From assembly GCA_937924445.1 (NCBI GenBank), contig CALDSX010000015.1:986-64985 (forward strand): DNA of 64,000 bases, written 5' to 3'. The notes beneath the pieces were generated by a model. The model did not search any database, was not told where the DNA came from, and saw only the letters and a list, made by a program, of their open reading frames with translations. Both the position numbers and the translations under genes were made by a program. This document shows positions 8,848 through 17,841 of the stretch, in pieces (the stretch's first letter is position 1; each line of letters opens with the position of its first letter). The DNA is from an uncultured Chthoniobacterales bacterium. Its GTDB lineage: Bacteria; Verrucomicrobiota; Verrucomicrobiia; Chthoniobacterales; CALDSX01.

Positions 8848-10446
8848 TTAGTTAATCCGCGTCAAAATAAACGGGAGCAGGTCACTAATTTTAATCCGTT
8901 GCTGATGCATTGAATCACGCTCGCGGAGGGTCACGGTGTCTTTGTCGGAAGGATCGTTTTCGCCAAGCGTCGAAAAATCTGCCGTAATGCAAAAAGGTGT
9001 GCCTATTTCGTCCTGCCGACGGTAGCGACGTCCGATTGCACCGCTGTCGTCATAAGCGACGGTCATGTGCGGTCGGAGCATTTCGCGAATTTCAACGGCC
9101 TTGGCCACAAGTTCAGGGCGGTTGCGTAGGAGAGGGAAAACAGCCACTTTTATCGGGGCGATGCGAGGGTGAAGCCGCAACAGAATTCTGGTTTCTGTTT
9201 TTCCCTTTTCATCGGTCACCCCTTCCTCGGCATAAGCGTGACAAATGAGCGCAAGCAATAGGCGGTCAACACCGGCGCTGGGTTCAATGACATGGGGAAT
9301 ATATTGCCCTTTGGCGAGATTGTCAGCATCTGCCTCCGCGAGAGCGGTTGCCTCACCAATGGCGACACCGCTGCGCGAGTAATGGGCGAGACGATGGTTG
9401 CGGTAGGAGGCTGCAAGGCGTTCGCGTGTGCGATCATCTAGCAAAGCCCAGGCATTCCTCAGTGCCTCGTCAAACACGGCCATAGGCTTGCCTGAGCGAC
9501 GGGCATGCTGCGAAAGGTCAAAGTCACTTCGTGCGGCAATGCCTTCCAATTCCTGTGTGCCGAAGGGAAACTTGAAGAGGAGATCCACGGTCGCACGGGC
9601 GTAGTGAGCCAGCTCTTCGGGTTTTTGCCAGTATTCAACAAGCGACTCTCGGGGAAGCCCGATGCGTCCGTAAAAGGCAATCCGCTCCTCGACCCAGTAT
9701 TGATGCCAGAGTTGCCAACCCCAGTCAGGGCGTGGGGTTCCGGGATGGCCTGGCCCTGTGGGTTTGGCAACCGACCCGGCAATGGCCTCGATAGCTTCAT
9801 CCGGTGGGATGAAGTATTCCAATTCCATCTGCTCAAACTCTCGGGAGCGAAAGGTAAAATTTCGAGGCGTAACTTCATTGCGAAAGGCTTTCCCAATCTG
9901 AGCAATACCGAAGGGCACCTTTTGTCGGGAGGTTTCGAGCACATTTTTAAACTGAGCAAAAATGGCTTGGGCGGTTTCAGGGCGGAGATAAGCGGTTGAG
10001 GCTTCGTCTTTGACTGGCCCAACGTTGGTCTCGAACATGAGATTGAAGGCGCGCGGCTGGGTCTTTTCGCCACCGCAAGTCACAACGCTTTTTGACGGTT
10101 TTTGGGGACAGGCGATTTCGTCAATTTGATCCGCACGAAAGCGCCCCTTGCACGTTTTGCAGTCAATCATCGGATCGCTAAATGTGTCCACATGACCGGA
10201 AGCACGCCAGATTGCCGGGTGCATAATAATGGATGCATCGAGACCTGCCACATCGTCGCGTAAGCGCGTCATTTCCCGCCACCAGGCCTCTTTGACGTTC
10301 CGTTTGAGTTCCGCGCCGAGCGGGCCGTAATCCCAAAAGCCATTGATACCCCCATAAATTTCGCTGGATTGAAAAATGAACCCCCGGCGTTTGCAGAGGC
10401 TGACGATACGTTCCATCAACGAGGATTCTGCGATTTTTTGTGACAT
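8848..10446 (-). CDS. glyQS: Glycine--tRNA ligase (alpha2 dimeric type)
   Basis: MERIVSLCKRRGFIFQSSEIYGGINGFWDYGPLG plus class II motifs. The ORF is open to 10515. The likelier start is MSQKIAESS (ATG 10446-10444). Confidence 0.9.
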   Translation of the reverse strand: MSQKIAESSLMERIVSLCKRRGFIFQSSEIYGGINGFWDYGPLGAELKRNVKEAWWREMTRLRDDVAGLDASIIMHPAIWRASGHVDTFSDPMIDCKTCKGRFRADQIDEIACPQKPSKSVVTCGGEKTQPRAFNLMFETNVGPVKDEASTAYLRPETAQAIFAQFKNVLETSRQKVPFGIAQIGKAFRNEVTPRNFTFRSREFEQMELEYFIPPDEAIEAIAGSVAKPTGPGHPGTPRPDWGWQLWHQYWVEERIAFYGRIGLPRESLVEYWQKPEELAHYARATVDLLFKFPFGTQELEGIAARSDFDLSQHARRSGKPMAVFDEALRNAWALLDDRTRERLAASYRNHRLAHYSRSGVAIGEATALAEADADNLAKGQYIPHVIEPSAGVDRLLLALICHAYAEEGVTDEKGKTETRILLRLHPRIAPIKVAVFPLLRNRPELVAKAVEIREMLRPHMTVAYDDSGAIGRRYRRQDEIGTPFCITADFSTLGENDPSDKDTVTLRERDSMHQQRIKISDLLPFILTRIN

Positions 10447-10521
10447 AACTTTGGAGCGATAAAAAGGTGATGTGGAAAAAGCGTTGTAAAGGAAGGCGAC
10501 AAACCCGAAGGCCACGAAACC

Positions 10522-11541
10522 CTAAGGTGACCTGCGCCCCGCTGCGGCGGTAAACGGACGAATATCGGCGACCAGAGTGTTAAAGCCCCGAAAATCTAAC
10601 TGTTGCTGCCCGTCGCTGAGTGCCTCCGCAGGCAGCGGATGCACTTCAACTAGCAGGCCGTCCGCGCCCAGAGCCACAGCTCCTTTGGAGAGGGCACGCA
10701 CCAAGTCGGCGCGACCACAGCCTTGGCTGGGGTCCACAATGACAGGCAAGTGACTCTCTTGTTTTGCGATTGCAACAGCTGAAAGATCGAGAGTGTTGCG
10801 AGTCCAGGTCTCAAAAGTCCTAATTCCGCGCTCACACAGCAGGACGGAAGGGTTGCCTTCAGCGAGGATATATTCCGCGGCAAGAAGCCATTCTTCAATT
10901 CGTTCACTCAGGCCGCGTTTGAGGAGAATTGGTTTGCGCGTGCGGGCAGCCTCCACAAGCAACCGGAAATTCTGAGCGTTGCGTGCGCCAATCTGAAGAA
11001 TATCCGCCACCTCGGCAACATGCGCAACGTCACGTTCACTCAGAACTTCGGTGATAATTTTTAGGCCAGTCTCCGCTTTAGCCAACTGGAGGAGACGCAA
11101 ACCTTCACGACCAAGACCTTGGAATTCATAGGGGGAAGTGCGGGGTTTGTAAGCCCCACCCCGGAGAATTTTTGCACCAGCAGCTTTGACCGCACGCGCC
11201 GTTTCCAGAAGTTGTTCTTCAGATTCAACGGAGCATGGCCCGGCCATAAGAACAAATTCTTCTCCGCCAATCGCCACGCCATCCACATCCACCACCGTGT
11301 TTTCGAAACGCGTTTCACGGCTGGCCAATTTGTAGCGCTTTTGAACCCGCAAAACGGACTCGACCTGCGGCAACACACGAAGAGATTCAAGGGTGTGGTG
11401 TATGCGCTCGTCGCCAATGGCGGCAATGACAGTCTGCAATTCTCCGACGATCGGGCGAGGTTCATACCCAAGCTTCCGAACCTCTTCGATCACTTCATCA
11501 ATCTTATCCTGCGTGGCACCGGCACGGATGACAACAATCAT
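10522..11541 (-). CDS. 3-deoxy-7-phosphoheptulonate (DAHP) synthase, type I-beta, with an N-terminal ferredoxin-like regulatory domain
   Basis: 339 aa. The N-terminus MIVVIRAGATQDKIDEVIEEVRKLGY is followed by RGGAYKPRTSPYEFQGLG and VDPSQG of the KDO8PS-like DAHPS family. Confidence 0.88.
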   Translation of the reverse strand: MIVVIRAGATQDKIDEVIEEVRKLGYEPRPIVGELQTVIAAIGDERIHHTLESLRVLPQVESVLRVQKRYKLASRETRFENTVVDVDGVAIGGEEFVLMAGPCSVESEEQLLETARAVKAAGAKILRGGAYKPRTSPYEFQGLGREGLRLLQLAKAETGLKIITEVLSERDVAHVAEVADILQIGARNAQNFRLLVEAARTRKPILLKRGLSERIEEWLLAAEYILAEGNPSVLLCERGIRTFETWTRNTLDLSAVAIAKQESHLPVIVDPSQGCGRADLVRALSKGAVALGADGLLVEVHPLPAEALSDGQQQLDFRGFNTLVADIRPFTAAAGRRSP

Positions 11542-11672
11542 AAGAGAAGAACAATCCGAAAAGCAGTCGCAGGTGTCCAGCGATTTTTCTCAGGTTCAAG
11601 TGCCTATCTCCATGCGGTGAAACGGTTTTGACATCTGGATCAGATCTGTGGCAGGAGTAGCCAAGAAACAAG

Positions 11673-12656
11673 ATGAAACTTCCCGGAAAATTGTGCGAAC
11701 TGATGCGAGCGGTTTCGCGGTCTTTCGCAATCAGTCTAAGCGCGTTGCCACCAAAGGTTCGCAATCCTGTGGCGCTGGGATATATGCTTGCCCGCGCCTC
11801 CGATACAGTGGCAGATGCCGATGCGCCCGTTGATGATGAAGAGCGGTTGCAAACTCTTAAAGAACTCAAGGAGGCCATCGCTGGGCTCTCCTTGCCTGAT
11901 AGCATAAACAGTCAGTCGCCTGCTCCAACACGGACAGTGGGGTTCGCAGGATATCTAACCAACAGAAGAGAGCAGCAACTTCTGCGACAAATCCCGATGC
12001 TGATGACATACGCACGACTGCTACCTTTGTCGTGGCGCTGCGAATTAAGCGGGGTTTTATGTAAGATCATCGAGGGGCAACAAGGGGATGTCATCACATT
12101 CCCACGACAGCAGAGCGGCTTTAGGGCATTGCCGGACGCGGATGCACTCCATCGTTATACCTACATGGTGGCAGGATGCGTCGGAGGGTTTTGGACGCGG
12201 CTCTGCCTTGACGCGATACCAGGATATGCGCGGGTGAGCCCAAGGCGACTGGTGGACGACGCTGTGCGCTTCGGATGCGGGTTGCAACTCGTCAATATCC
12301 TGAGAGACCGGCCTGAAGACTTGGCGAAGAATCGCTGCTACCTCCCGGTATGCACCGGTGGAAATATGCCGACGGAGGACGTTCTCCTCAGAGAATCTGT
12401 CTTTTGGTATGAATCCGCTCGGCAACAGCTCAAGGCCGGCGAACGGTATTCTGCAGGTATTCGCGGGGTGCGAACACGGTTTGCCGTGTTGTTGCCCGTG
12501 CTGATCGGAATGAGAACCCTCCGGCTCATCGAGGTGGCAGGCGCTCAGGCCTTCAGAGAACGGCTGAAAGTAAGCCGACCCGAAGTCAGGCGCTTGATCT
12601 TTCTTGCACTCCTCCGTGCTGGTTGGCCTCCAGCATTGCGTGAAAGTGCGGTGTAA
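11673..12656 (+). CDS. Squalene/phytoene synthase family protein (HpnC/HpnD/CrtB-like)
   Basis: 327 aa with SRSFAISL, a first Asp-rich motif ARASDTVAD and a second motif VNILRDRPEDLAKNRCYLP. Confidence 0.78.
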   Translation: MKLPGKLCELMRAVSRSFAISLSALPPKVRNPVALGYMLARASDTVADADAPVDDEERLQTLKELKEAIAGLSLPDSINSQSPAPTRTVGFAGYLTNRREQQLLRQIPMLMTYARLLPLSWRCELSGVLCKIIEGQQGDVITFPRQQSGFRALPDADALHRYTYMVAGCVGGFWTRLCLDAIPGYARVSPRRLVDDAVRFGCGLQLVNILRDRPEDLAKNRCYLPVCTGGNMPTEDVLLRESVFWYESARQQLKAGERYSAGIRGVRTRFAVLLPVLIGMRTLRLIEVAGAQAFRERLKVSRPEVRRLIFLALLRAGWPPALRESAV

Positions 12657-12829
12657 ATTTTTCTGAGCAGTGAACCGCTTCTCCACACCAATCCATGCGG
12701 CCAAATAAAATCGGCTACCCAAGGTTTAAGCTTGCGTTGGATGACGCGCAAAGCTACACGCGAATAAGGATGGTCCGTCTTGGAACTTGTGCCCTCCTAA
12801 AATAATCACGCACGCCACTGAGAAGAAAA

Positions 12830-13678
12830 ATGGACTCGCCAAACACCACCCCTTCGTCTTTGCCTGCCACTGCTGAGCCATCCCGGCCTGTGGAACCAAA
12901 ACAAAGTCCCGTCTTGAAAATCCATATGTGGCCCAAGACGCTGGTTTTTTATCCCGTGGCACTTTGCGCACTGGTCTTTGCCGTCGTTGGATATTTTTTT
13001 GGTGCTTATCCTGTGGAAAAGGAGATCAAAAAAATCGTCATTGAACGGGCGGAAAAATTACGAGCGGGAACAGACTCCGAGCGCACGGAGCGAGAGCAGA
13101 TCATTGCTCTCGCCGAGCGTCTGGTGCAGGGCCAGCAGGTTGACAAGGTGATGGGTTGGATTTTTTTTATTGTACTGGCTGGAGCTCTCTTCGCCCTCTG
13201 CATTGACACCGAGGTCCGCTGGGCGTTGATTTGGTTTGTCAGTTCTATCTCGGTAATACTTTTGCTCATGCTAGCAAACCATCACTTTAAGTTTTTACCG
13301 GAGTTTATAGGCCAACTGCTGACGTTCGATCCGGCTGCGAAACCGCAGTTTTACGCCGGAATCACCTGCGTCTGGCTCATTCTCTACGGTATTTCGCTCC
13401 TCATCATCCGGTTTCATTTTGTAAGGATTGAACGCAACGAGGTCTTCGTCACCCACGGCCTATTGGAGGGCCAGCGACGCTATCCAACCCTTCAGATGAA
13501 GTATGAAAAGGATGTAACGGACGTCTTCGAATACTACCTGCCATTTGTACGTGCTGGGAAACTCATTCTCTCTTTTCCTAATGGCGACAAAATCTTCCTG
13601 GACAATGTCCGCAACATCGATCGAGTCATTCAGAATTTAAATGAGTTGTCAAGCGAACTGAAAGTCGGCTTACGGTAA
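12830..13678 (+). CDS. Multi-pass membrane protein with a C-terminal bacterial-PH (YdbS/YdbT-like) domain
   Basis: 282 aa with four or five hydrophobic helices. The C-terminus FHFVRIERNEVFVTHGLLEGQRRYPTLQM...GKLILSF resembles bPH_2. The family assignment is tentative. Confidence 0.55.
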   Translation: MDSPNTTPSSLPATAEPSRPVEPKQSPVLKIHMWPKTLVFYPVALCALVFAVVGYFFGAYPVEKEIKKIVIERAEKLRAGTDSERTEREQIIALAERLVQGQQVDKVMGWIFFIVLAGALFALCIDTEVRWALIWFVSSISVILLLMLANHHFKFLPEFIGQLLTFDPAAKPQFYAGITCVWLILYGISLLIIRFHFVRIERNEVFVTHGLLEGQRRYPTLQMKYEKDVTDVFEYYLPFVRAGKLILSFPNGDKIFLDNVRNIDRVIQNLNELSSELKVGLR

Positions 13679-13695
13679 ACCCTCTCGTTTATCAG

Positions 13696-15942
13696 GTGGT
13701 GACAACAGGCTCCGTGCGTCAAGACCCTCCACACTGTTTACCCGACCACAGACAGCTTGAGCGCGTTCTGAAGGAAGTTTTTGGGTATGACTCCTTTCGT
13801 CCTCTACAAAAGGACATTATCTGCGCCTCATTCGCCGGGCGTGATATCGTGGCGATTCTACCCACCGGAGCCGGTAAAAGTCTCTGCTATCAGCTCCCCG
13901 CCATCGTTCGAGAAGGGCTTACTCTTGTGGTTTCTCCCCTCATCGCCCTGATGAAAGATCAAGTGGACCAGCTTAAGGCTGTGGGCGTCGCTGCAACATT
14001 TTTGAACTCGACGCTCGGCCTGAAAGAGACAAAAAAACGGCTGGCTGGCCTGCACAAAGGCGAGTTCAAGCTGCTCTACGCCGCGCCGGAGCGACTGTTA
14101 CTCGACAGTTTTGTCGAAAAACTTGCAGCCTGGAATATCACCGCCCTTGCTGTGGATGAAGCACATTGCATCAGCGAATGGGGCCACGACTTTCGGCCTG
14201 AGTATCGTCAACTGGGGCGACTTCGAAAGTTATTCCACAACATCCCTGCCATTGCTCTGACGGCCACCGCAACTCCTCGTGTGCGGGAGGACATCATCAC
14301 CCAGCTGAGGTTGCAAAATCCCGAAGTATTTGTCGCCAGCTTCAATCGTCCGAATCTCTGCTACCGAGTGCTGCCAAAAGAGCGAGCCTCAGCACAGGTA
14401 ATCGAGTTTGCCACCGCCAGACCTGATGATTCCGGCATTGTTTACTGCCAAGCACGAAATACCACAGAGACTTTGGCAGCCGCTCTCCGCAGCGCGGGAT
14501 TGTCTGCCGCAGCTTATCACGCCGGGCTCTCCTCAAGCGAGCGCGCCACCACACAAGAAACCTTTCTGCGCGATGAAATCCGCATCGTCTGCGCGACGAT
14601 TGCTTTTGGCATGGGAATAGACAAACCGAACGTTCGCTTCGTCATCCACGCCGATCTGCCAAAAAATATTGAGGGCTATTATCAGGAAACCGGCCGCGCC
14701 GGAAGGGACGGTCTGCCAGCTGACTGTCTGCTTCTTTATTCCCGTGGTGACGTCGTCAAACTACTCCGATTTCTGGATGATATTTCTGATCCCCACGCCC
14801 GAAACATTGCCCGCAGACAGCTTGAGCAGATGACTGCCTACGCCGAAGCTAACGTTTGCCGCAGGATCCCCCTCCTAGGTTATTTCGGTGAGAGTTGGCA
14901 TGAGGACAACTGCGGCAGTTGTGATAACTGCCTTGAACCGGCCCAAACGGAGGATGTGACCTTGGAGGCGCAAAAATTTCTAAGCTGTGTTCTGCGTGTC
15001 GAGCGAGGTGGCTTTTGCACAGGGCTGCTCCATATCTGCGACATTCTTGCCGGTGCAAAGACCGAAAAGATCGCCCGCCTGGGACACGACCAACTACCAA
15101 CCTATGGAATCGGAAAGGATCGTCCCAAAAAAGACTGGGCATCTCTCGGACGACGTCTGATCGCTTCTGGATTTGCCAAGGTGGATGAAACAAAATTCTC
15201 GACCGTCTCCATCACCAGCGCGGGAATCGCTGTGCTCAAAACAAGATCCTCTGTTCTGCTTCCGCGCCCCCGTGCCATGCAAAAGACAGACGCCAAATCA
15301 GCCGATGCGATCGCCCGCGCAGGGGAAGTCCCCTGCGACGAGGGGCTTTTTGGAACACTGAGAAGGTTGCGCAAAGAAATCGCCGACAGCCGTGACGTTC
15401 CTCCCTACGTGATCTTTTCAGACGTCTCTCTTCGACATATGGCGCGCGATTATCCTTTGTCAGAGAAAGAATTTCTCGCCATACCGGGTGTCGGTTCACG
15501 CAAGCTGGCCGAGTTTGGTCCGGTGTTTTTGTCAGCAATATCTGCCTGGCTAGCTGCAAATCCCAGGCGGAGCTTCAAGGAAACCACCATTTCACAACAA
15601 CACCTGAAAAAAAGACCACCGTCCGGTCTTAATGACACCGCCCTGCTCACTCTCGAAATGCATCAGAGAGGTCTGAGTGTAAAAGAGATCGCTCAGCGGC
15701 GCGATTTGTCAGAGGCCACCGTAGAAAAACATCTCGCGCTCGCGATCGAATCTGGTGTCCGTCTTGATCCGCGTGCTTTTTTCTCCGCTGCTGAGGAAGT
15801 TCTCATCTCCAATGTTATTGCCTCAAATCCAAACACCACTAGGATTAGCGTAATCCATCAAGCGCTTGGTGGAAAAGTCAGCTTTGGCAAGATTCGACTT
15901 TATCTGGCATTTTGTTCTTTCGCCACTTCACATCGGCACTAA
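13696..15942 (+). CDS. recQ: ATP-dependent DNA helicase RecQ with HRDC plus an extra C-terminal HTH region
   Basis: GTG start, 748 aa. It has FGYDSFRPLQ, LPTGAGKSLCYQLPA, DEAHCISEWGHDFRP, the Zn-finger cysteines CRR..CGSCDNC and HRDC (YVIFSDVSLRHMA). About 110 further residues contain LSVKEIAQRRDLSEATVEKHL. Confidence 0.95.
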   Translation: MVTTGSVRQDPPHCLPDHRQLERVLKEVFGYDSFRPLQKDIICASFAGRDIVAILPTGAGKSLCYQLPAIVREGLTLVVSPLIALMKDQVDQLKAVGVAATFLNSTLGLKETKKRLAGLHKGEFKLLYAAPERLLLDSFVEKLAAWNITALAVDEAHCISEWGHDFRPEYRQLGRLRKLFHNIPAIALTATATPRVREDIITQLRLQNPEVFVASFNRPNLCYRVLPKERASAQVIEFATARPDDSGIVYCQARNTTETLAAALRSAGLSAAAYHAGLSSSERATTQETFLRDEIRIVCATIAFGMGIDKPNVRFVIHADLPKNIEGYYQETGRAGRDGLPADCLLLYSRGDVVKLLRFLDDISDPHARNIARRQLEQMTAYAEANVCRRIPLLGYFGESWHEDNCGSCDNCLEPAQTEDVTLEAQKFLSCVLRVERGGFCTGLLHICDILAGAKTEKIARLGHDQLPTYGIGKDRPKKDWASLGRRLIASGFAKVDETKFSTVSITSAGIAVLKTRSSVLLPRPRAMQKTDAKSADAIARAGEVPCDEGLFGTLRRLRKEIADSRDVPPYVIFSDVSLRHMARDYPLSEKEFLAIPGVGSRKLAEFGPVFLSAISAWLAANPRRSFKETTISQQHLKKRPPSGLNDTALLTLEMHQRGLSVKEIAQRRDLSEATVEKHLALAIESGVRLDPRAFFSAAEEVLISNVIASNPNTTRISVIHQALGGKVSFGKIRLYLAFCSFATSHRH

Positions 15943-15967
15943 AGAACATCAATTTTTTTGGCAGTTT

Positions 15968-16858
15968 TCACACAATCTCAAAGATCAGGGCGGTGATATT
16001 GTCTTGAGCGGGCCCCTCGAGTGCCTCTTCTAAAAAAGCGCTAACACCCGCTGCCACAGTCTCCGCGGTCGAGGTGTTCCATCCCGCAAGCAAATCTTTG
16101 AGCTGACGGTCCCACAGCGCCTCCACAAGCCCGTCCGAACAGATAAGAAATCGGTCACCGCTATGGCACTCCACTACCCCAAGCTGCGGTTCGAGAAATT
16201 GTCGCCCGGCTCCGAGCATCTGTTGAAGAGAATGCCGACCGGGATGCCCCCGTGCCTGACGCTCATTAATTTTGCCCTGTCGATAGAGCCATCCGACATG
16301 TGTGTGGTCGTGCGTGATCTGTCGGAGTTTCTCCTCCTCGGGGTGATCTTTCGGCAGCAAATAAATTCGGCTGTCTCCAACGTGCCCAAAAAAAAGCCAG
16401 CCCGGCGTCAGCCAAACCAGCGAAAGAGTCGCCCCCATCTCGCGACATTCCTCGTAGAAAAAACTCAACTTCGACATCTCTTTGTGGATTTGAAAAAAAA
16501 CCTCTCCCAACATTCCCGCACGATCTGGCCGAATGCCCGCAGCGCCAAGACGAAAAGCTCCGGGCAGCAACTGGGCGAGCTTGTCCACCGCAATACGGCT
16601 GGCAAATTCCCCCGCTGGTCCGCCACCCATGCCATCGCTTACGGCAAATATCAGATCCCGACCGTGCAAGGTCGCCTCGCCACTTTTGCCAAGATAATGC
16701 ATTTCTTTCTGGTCGAACGTGAGCAAGAGAAAAGCATCTTCGTTGTTCTGCCGCCTCTTACCGGGATGCGTCCCAGCGGACCATCGAACAGCCATCGAGG
16801 CCCCTGGCTGAGGCAAATGCTGCGCTCCAAAAAGATGAAACGATGACTTTTCGCTCAT
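15968..16858 (-). CDS. PP2C/PPM-family Ser/Thr protein phosphatase
   Basis: 296 aa with NEDAFLL, AVSDGMGGGPAGEFAS, LICSDGL and DNITALI motifs. Confidence 0.9.
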   Translation of the reverse strand: MSEKSSFHLFGAQHLPQPGASMAVRWSAGTHPGKRRQNNEDAFLLLTFDQKEMHYLGKSGEATLHGRDLIFAVSDGMGGGPAGEFASRIAVDKLAQLLPGAFRLGAAGIRPDRAGMLGEVFFQIHKEMSKLSFFYEECREMGATLSLVWLTPGWLFFGHVGDSRIYLLPKDHPEEEKLRQITHDHTHVGWLYRQGKINERQARGHPGRHSLQQMLGAGRQFLEPQLGVVECHSGDRFLICSDGLVEALWDRQLKDLLAGWNTSTAETVAAGVSAFLEEALEGPAQDNITALIFEIV

Positions 16859-17298
16859 ATCCCGCCGTGTGTTTCGCTCTCCCCCGGAATCCGATCCTCG
16901 GGCTTTAACCCGGTCTCGTAGCCGTCCTTAATAAGCGTGGCAAATTCGAAATCTATCACACAAAATCTACCGTCACTCTGGCGGTAGGTTATGTTTCGGT
17001 CAAAAGGATCCTCATGCCTTACTCCATATTGCAGAAGCTCATCGTAGATTTCGGCCATCCGCTCTGGGTTGATCTGCTTCACTCGTTGACCACAGTTGGT
17101 TGTGATAATGGTTAGATTGTCTGGATCAACAGAAAGCAGCCGCGGCACAAAGCCGCATCCCGCCTCCTCAAGATGGCGCAAAACGCGGATTTCATTGTGA
17201 AACCGCGCAGTAGCTTTGGGTCCGCGAAAAGTTTTATGCACGCGGCCATCGTAGCCAATCCGCACCGTCGCCCGACGGGTGTCTTTGATTTCATTCAT
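16855..17298 (-). CDS. Small (147 aa) protein-kinase-like protein (Bud32/RIO/Kdo-kinase-like minimal core)
   Basis: VHK (beta3 Lys), NEIRVLRHLEEAG (alphaC), HEDPFDRN (HxDxxxxN catalytic loop) and VIDFEFA (DFG-equivalent). An ATGA stop/start overlap links it to the PP2C gene at 16855-16858. Confidence 0.55.
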   Translation of the reverse strand: MNEIKDTRRATVRIGYDGRVHKTFRGPKATARFHNEIRVLRHLEEAGCGFVPRLLSVDPDNLTIITTNCGQRVKQINPERMAEIYDELLQYGVRHEDPFDRNITYRQSDGRFCVIDFEFATLIKDGYETGLKPEDRIPGESETHGGI

Positions 17299-17310
17299 GA
17301 CTCTTTCTCT

Positions 17311-17799
17311 TTAATCCACCACCGCCAACATCGCCGGTGACGCATGGAACTTGAGCACCGCTGCGCCAGCAACCAAACGATCCATCTCGAGAATACACAA
17401 CGCCCCTTTGCGCATTTCAATGCCCCCGCCACGCACAATGCCAAGAAGCCATGCCACCAAAACACCAAGATCAGGCTGATGCCCCGTAATAAGAACAGCG
17501 TGCAAGCGCAGATATGGATAGAGACCTTCGCAAGCAATCTCAGGTGTCATCCCACATGCCAAAAAAGACTCTGTAATTGGAACGCCCACCTTCATCTCCT
17601 TTGCCACAAGTCGTGCTGTCTCTTCAGCACGCACTAATGGACTCGTCAAAATAGTCTCAGGTCGCTCGTCCAACCCAGCAATAAACCTCCCCATAACCCG
17701 GGCCTGGCTCCGGCCTTTGTCTGTGAGCCGACGCTCGAAGTCAGGCAACCGTTTGACACCCTCTTCCGCATGAGCATGCCGAAGTATAAACAAGAGCAT
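17311..17799 (-). CDS. sixA: Phosphohistidine phosphatase SixA (histidine phosphatase superfamily)
   Basis: 162 aa. The N-terminus LFILRHAHAE carries the RHG-type motif. Also SPLVRAEETA and GHQPDL. Confidence 0.78.
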   Translation of the reverse strand: MLLFILRHAHAEEGVKRLPDFERRLTDKGRSQARVMGRFIAGLDERPETILTSPLVRAEETARLVAKEMKVGVPITESFLACGMTPEIACEGLYPYLRLHAVLITGHQPDLGVLVAWLLGIVRGGGIEMRKGALCILEMDRLVAGAAVLKFHASPAMLAVVD

Positions 17800-17841
17800 A
17801 AAAAAACGTAACCTCGCAGAGCCAAATCTACCGCCAACATT

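Noticed and set aside
16163-16846. Long antisense or alternative-frame ORFs inside confident genes. Examples: 16163..16846 (+, 227 aa, opposite PP2C), 23229..23882 (+, opposite dnaE), 12057..12722 (-, opposite the squalene synthase-like gene), 49514..50173 (-, opposite thiH), 41874..42548 (+, off-frame in dinG/dtd), 3100..3633 and 5552..6064.
   Set aside because: Their translations are Arg/Ser/Pro/Cys-rich low-complexity strings with no motifs. Each lies wholly within a gene whose frame carries clear family signatures. This is the typical shadow-ORF behaviour of moderately GC-rich DNA.
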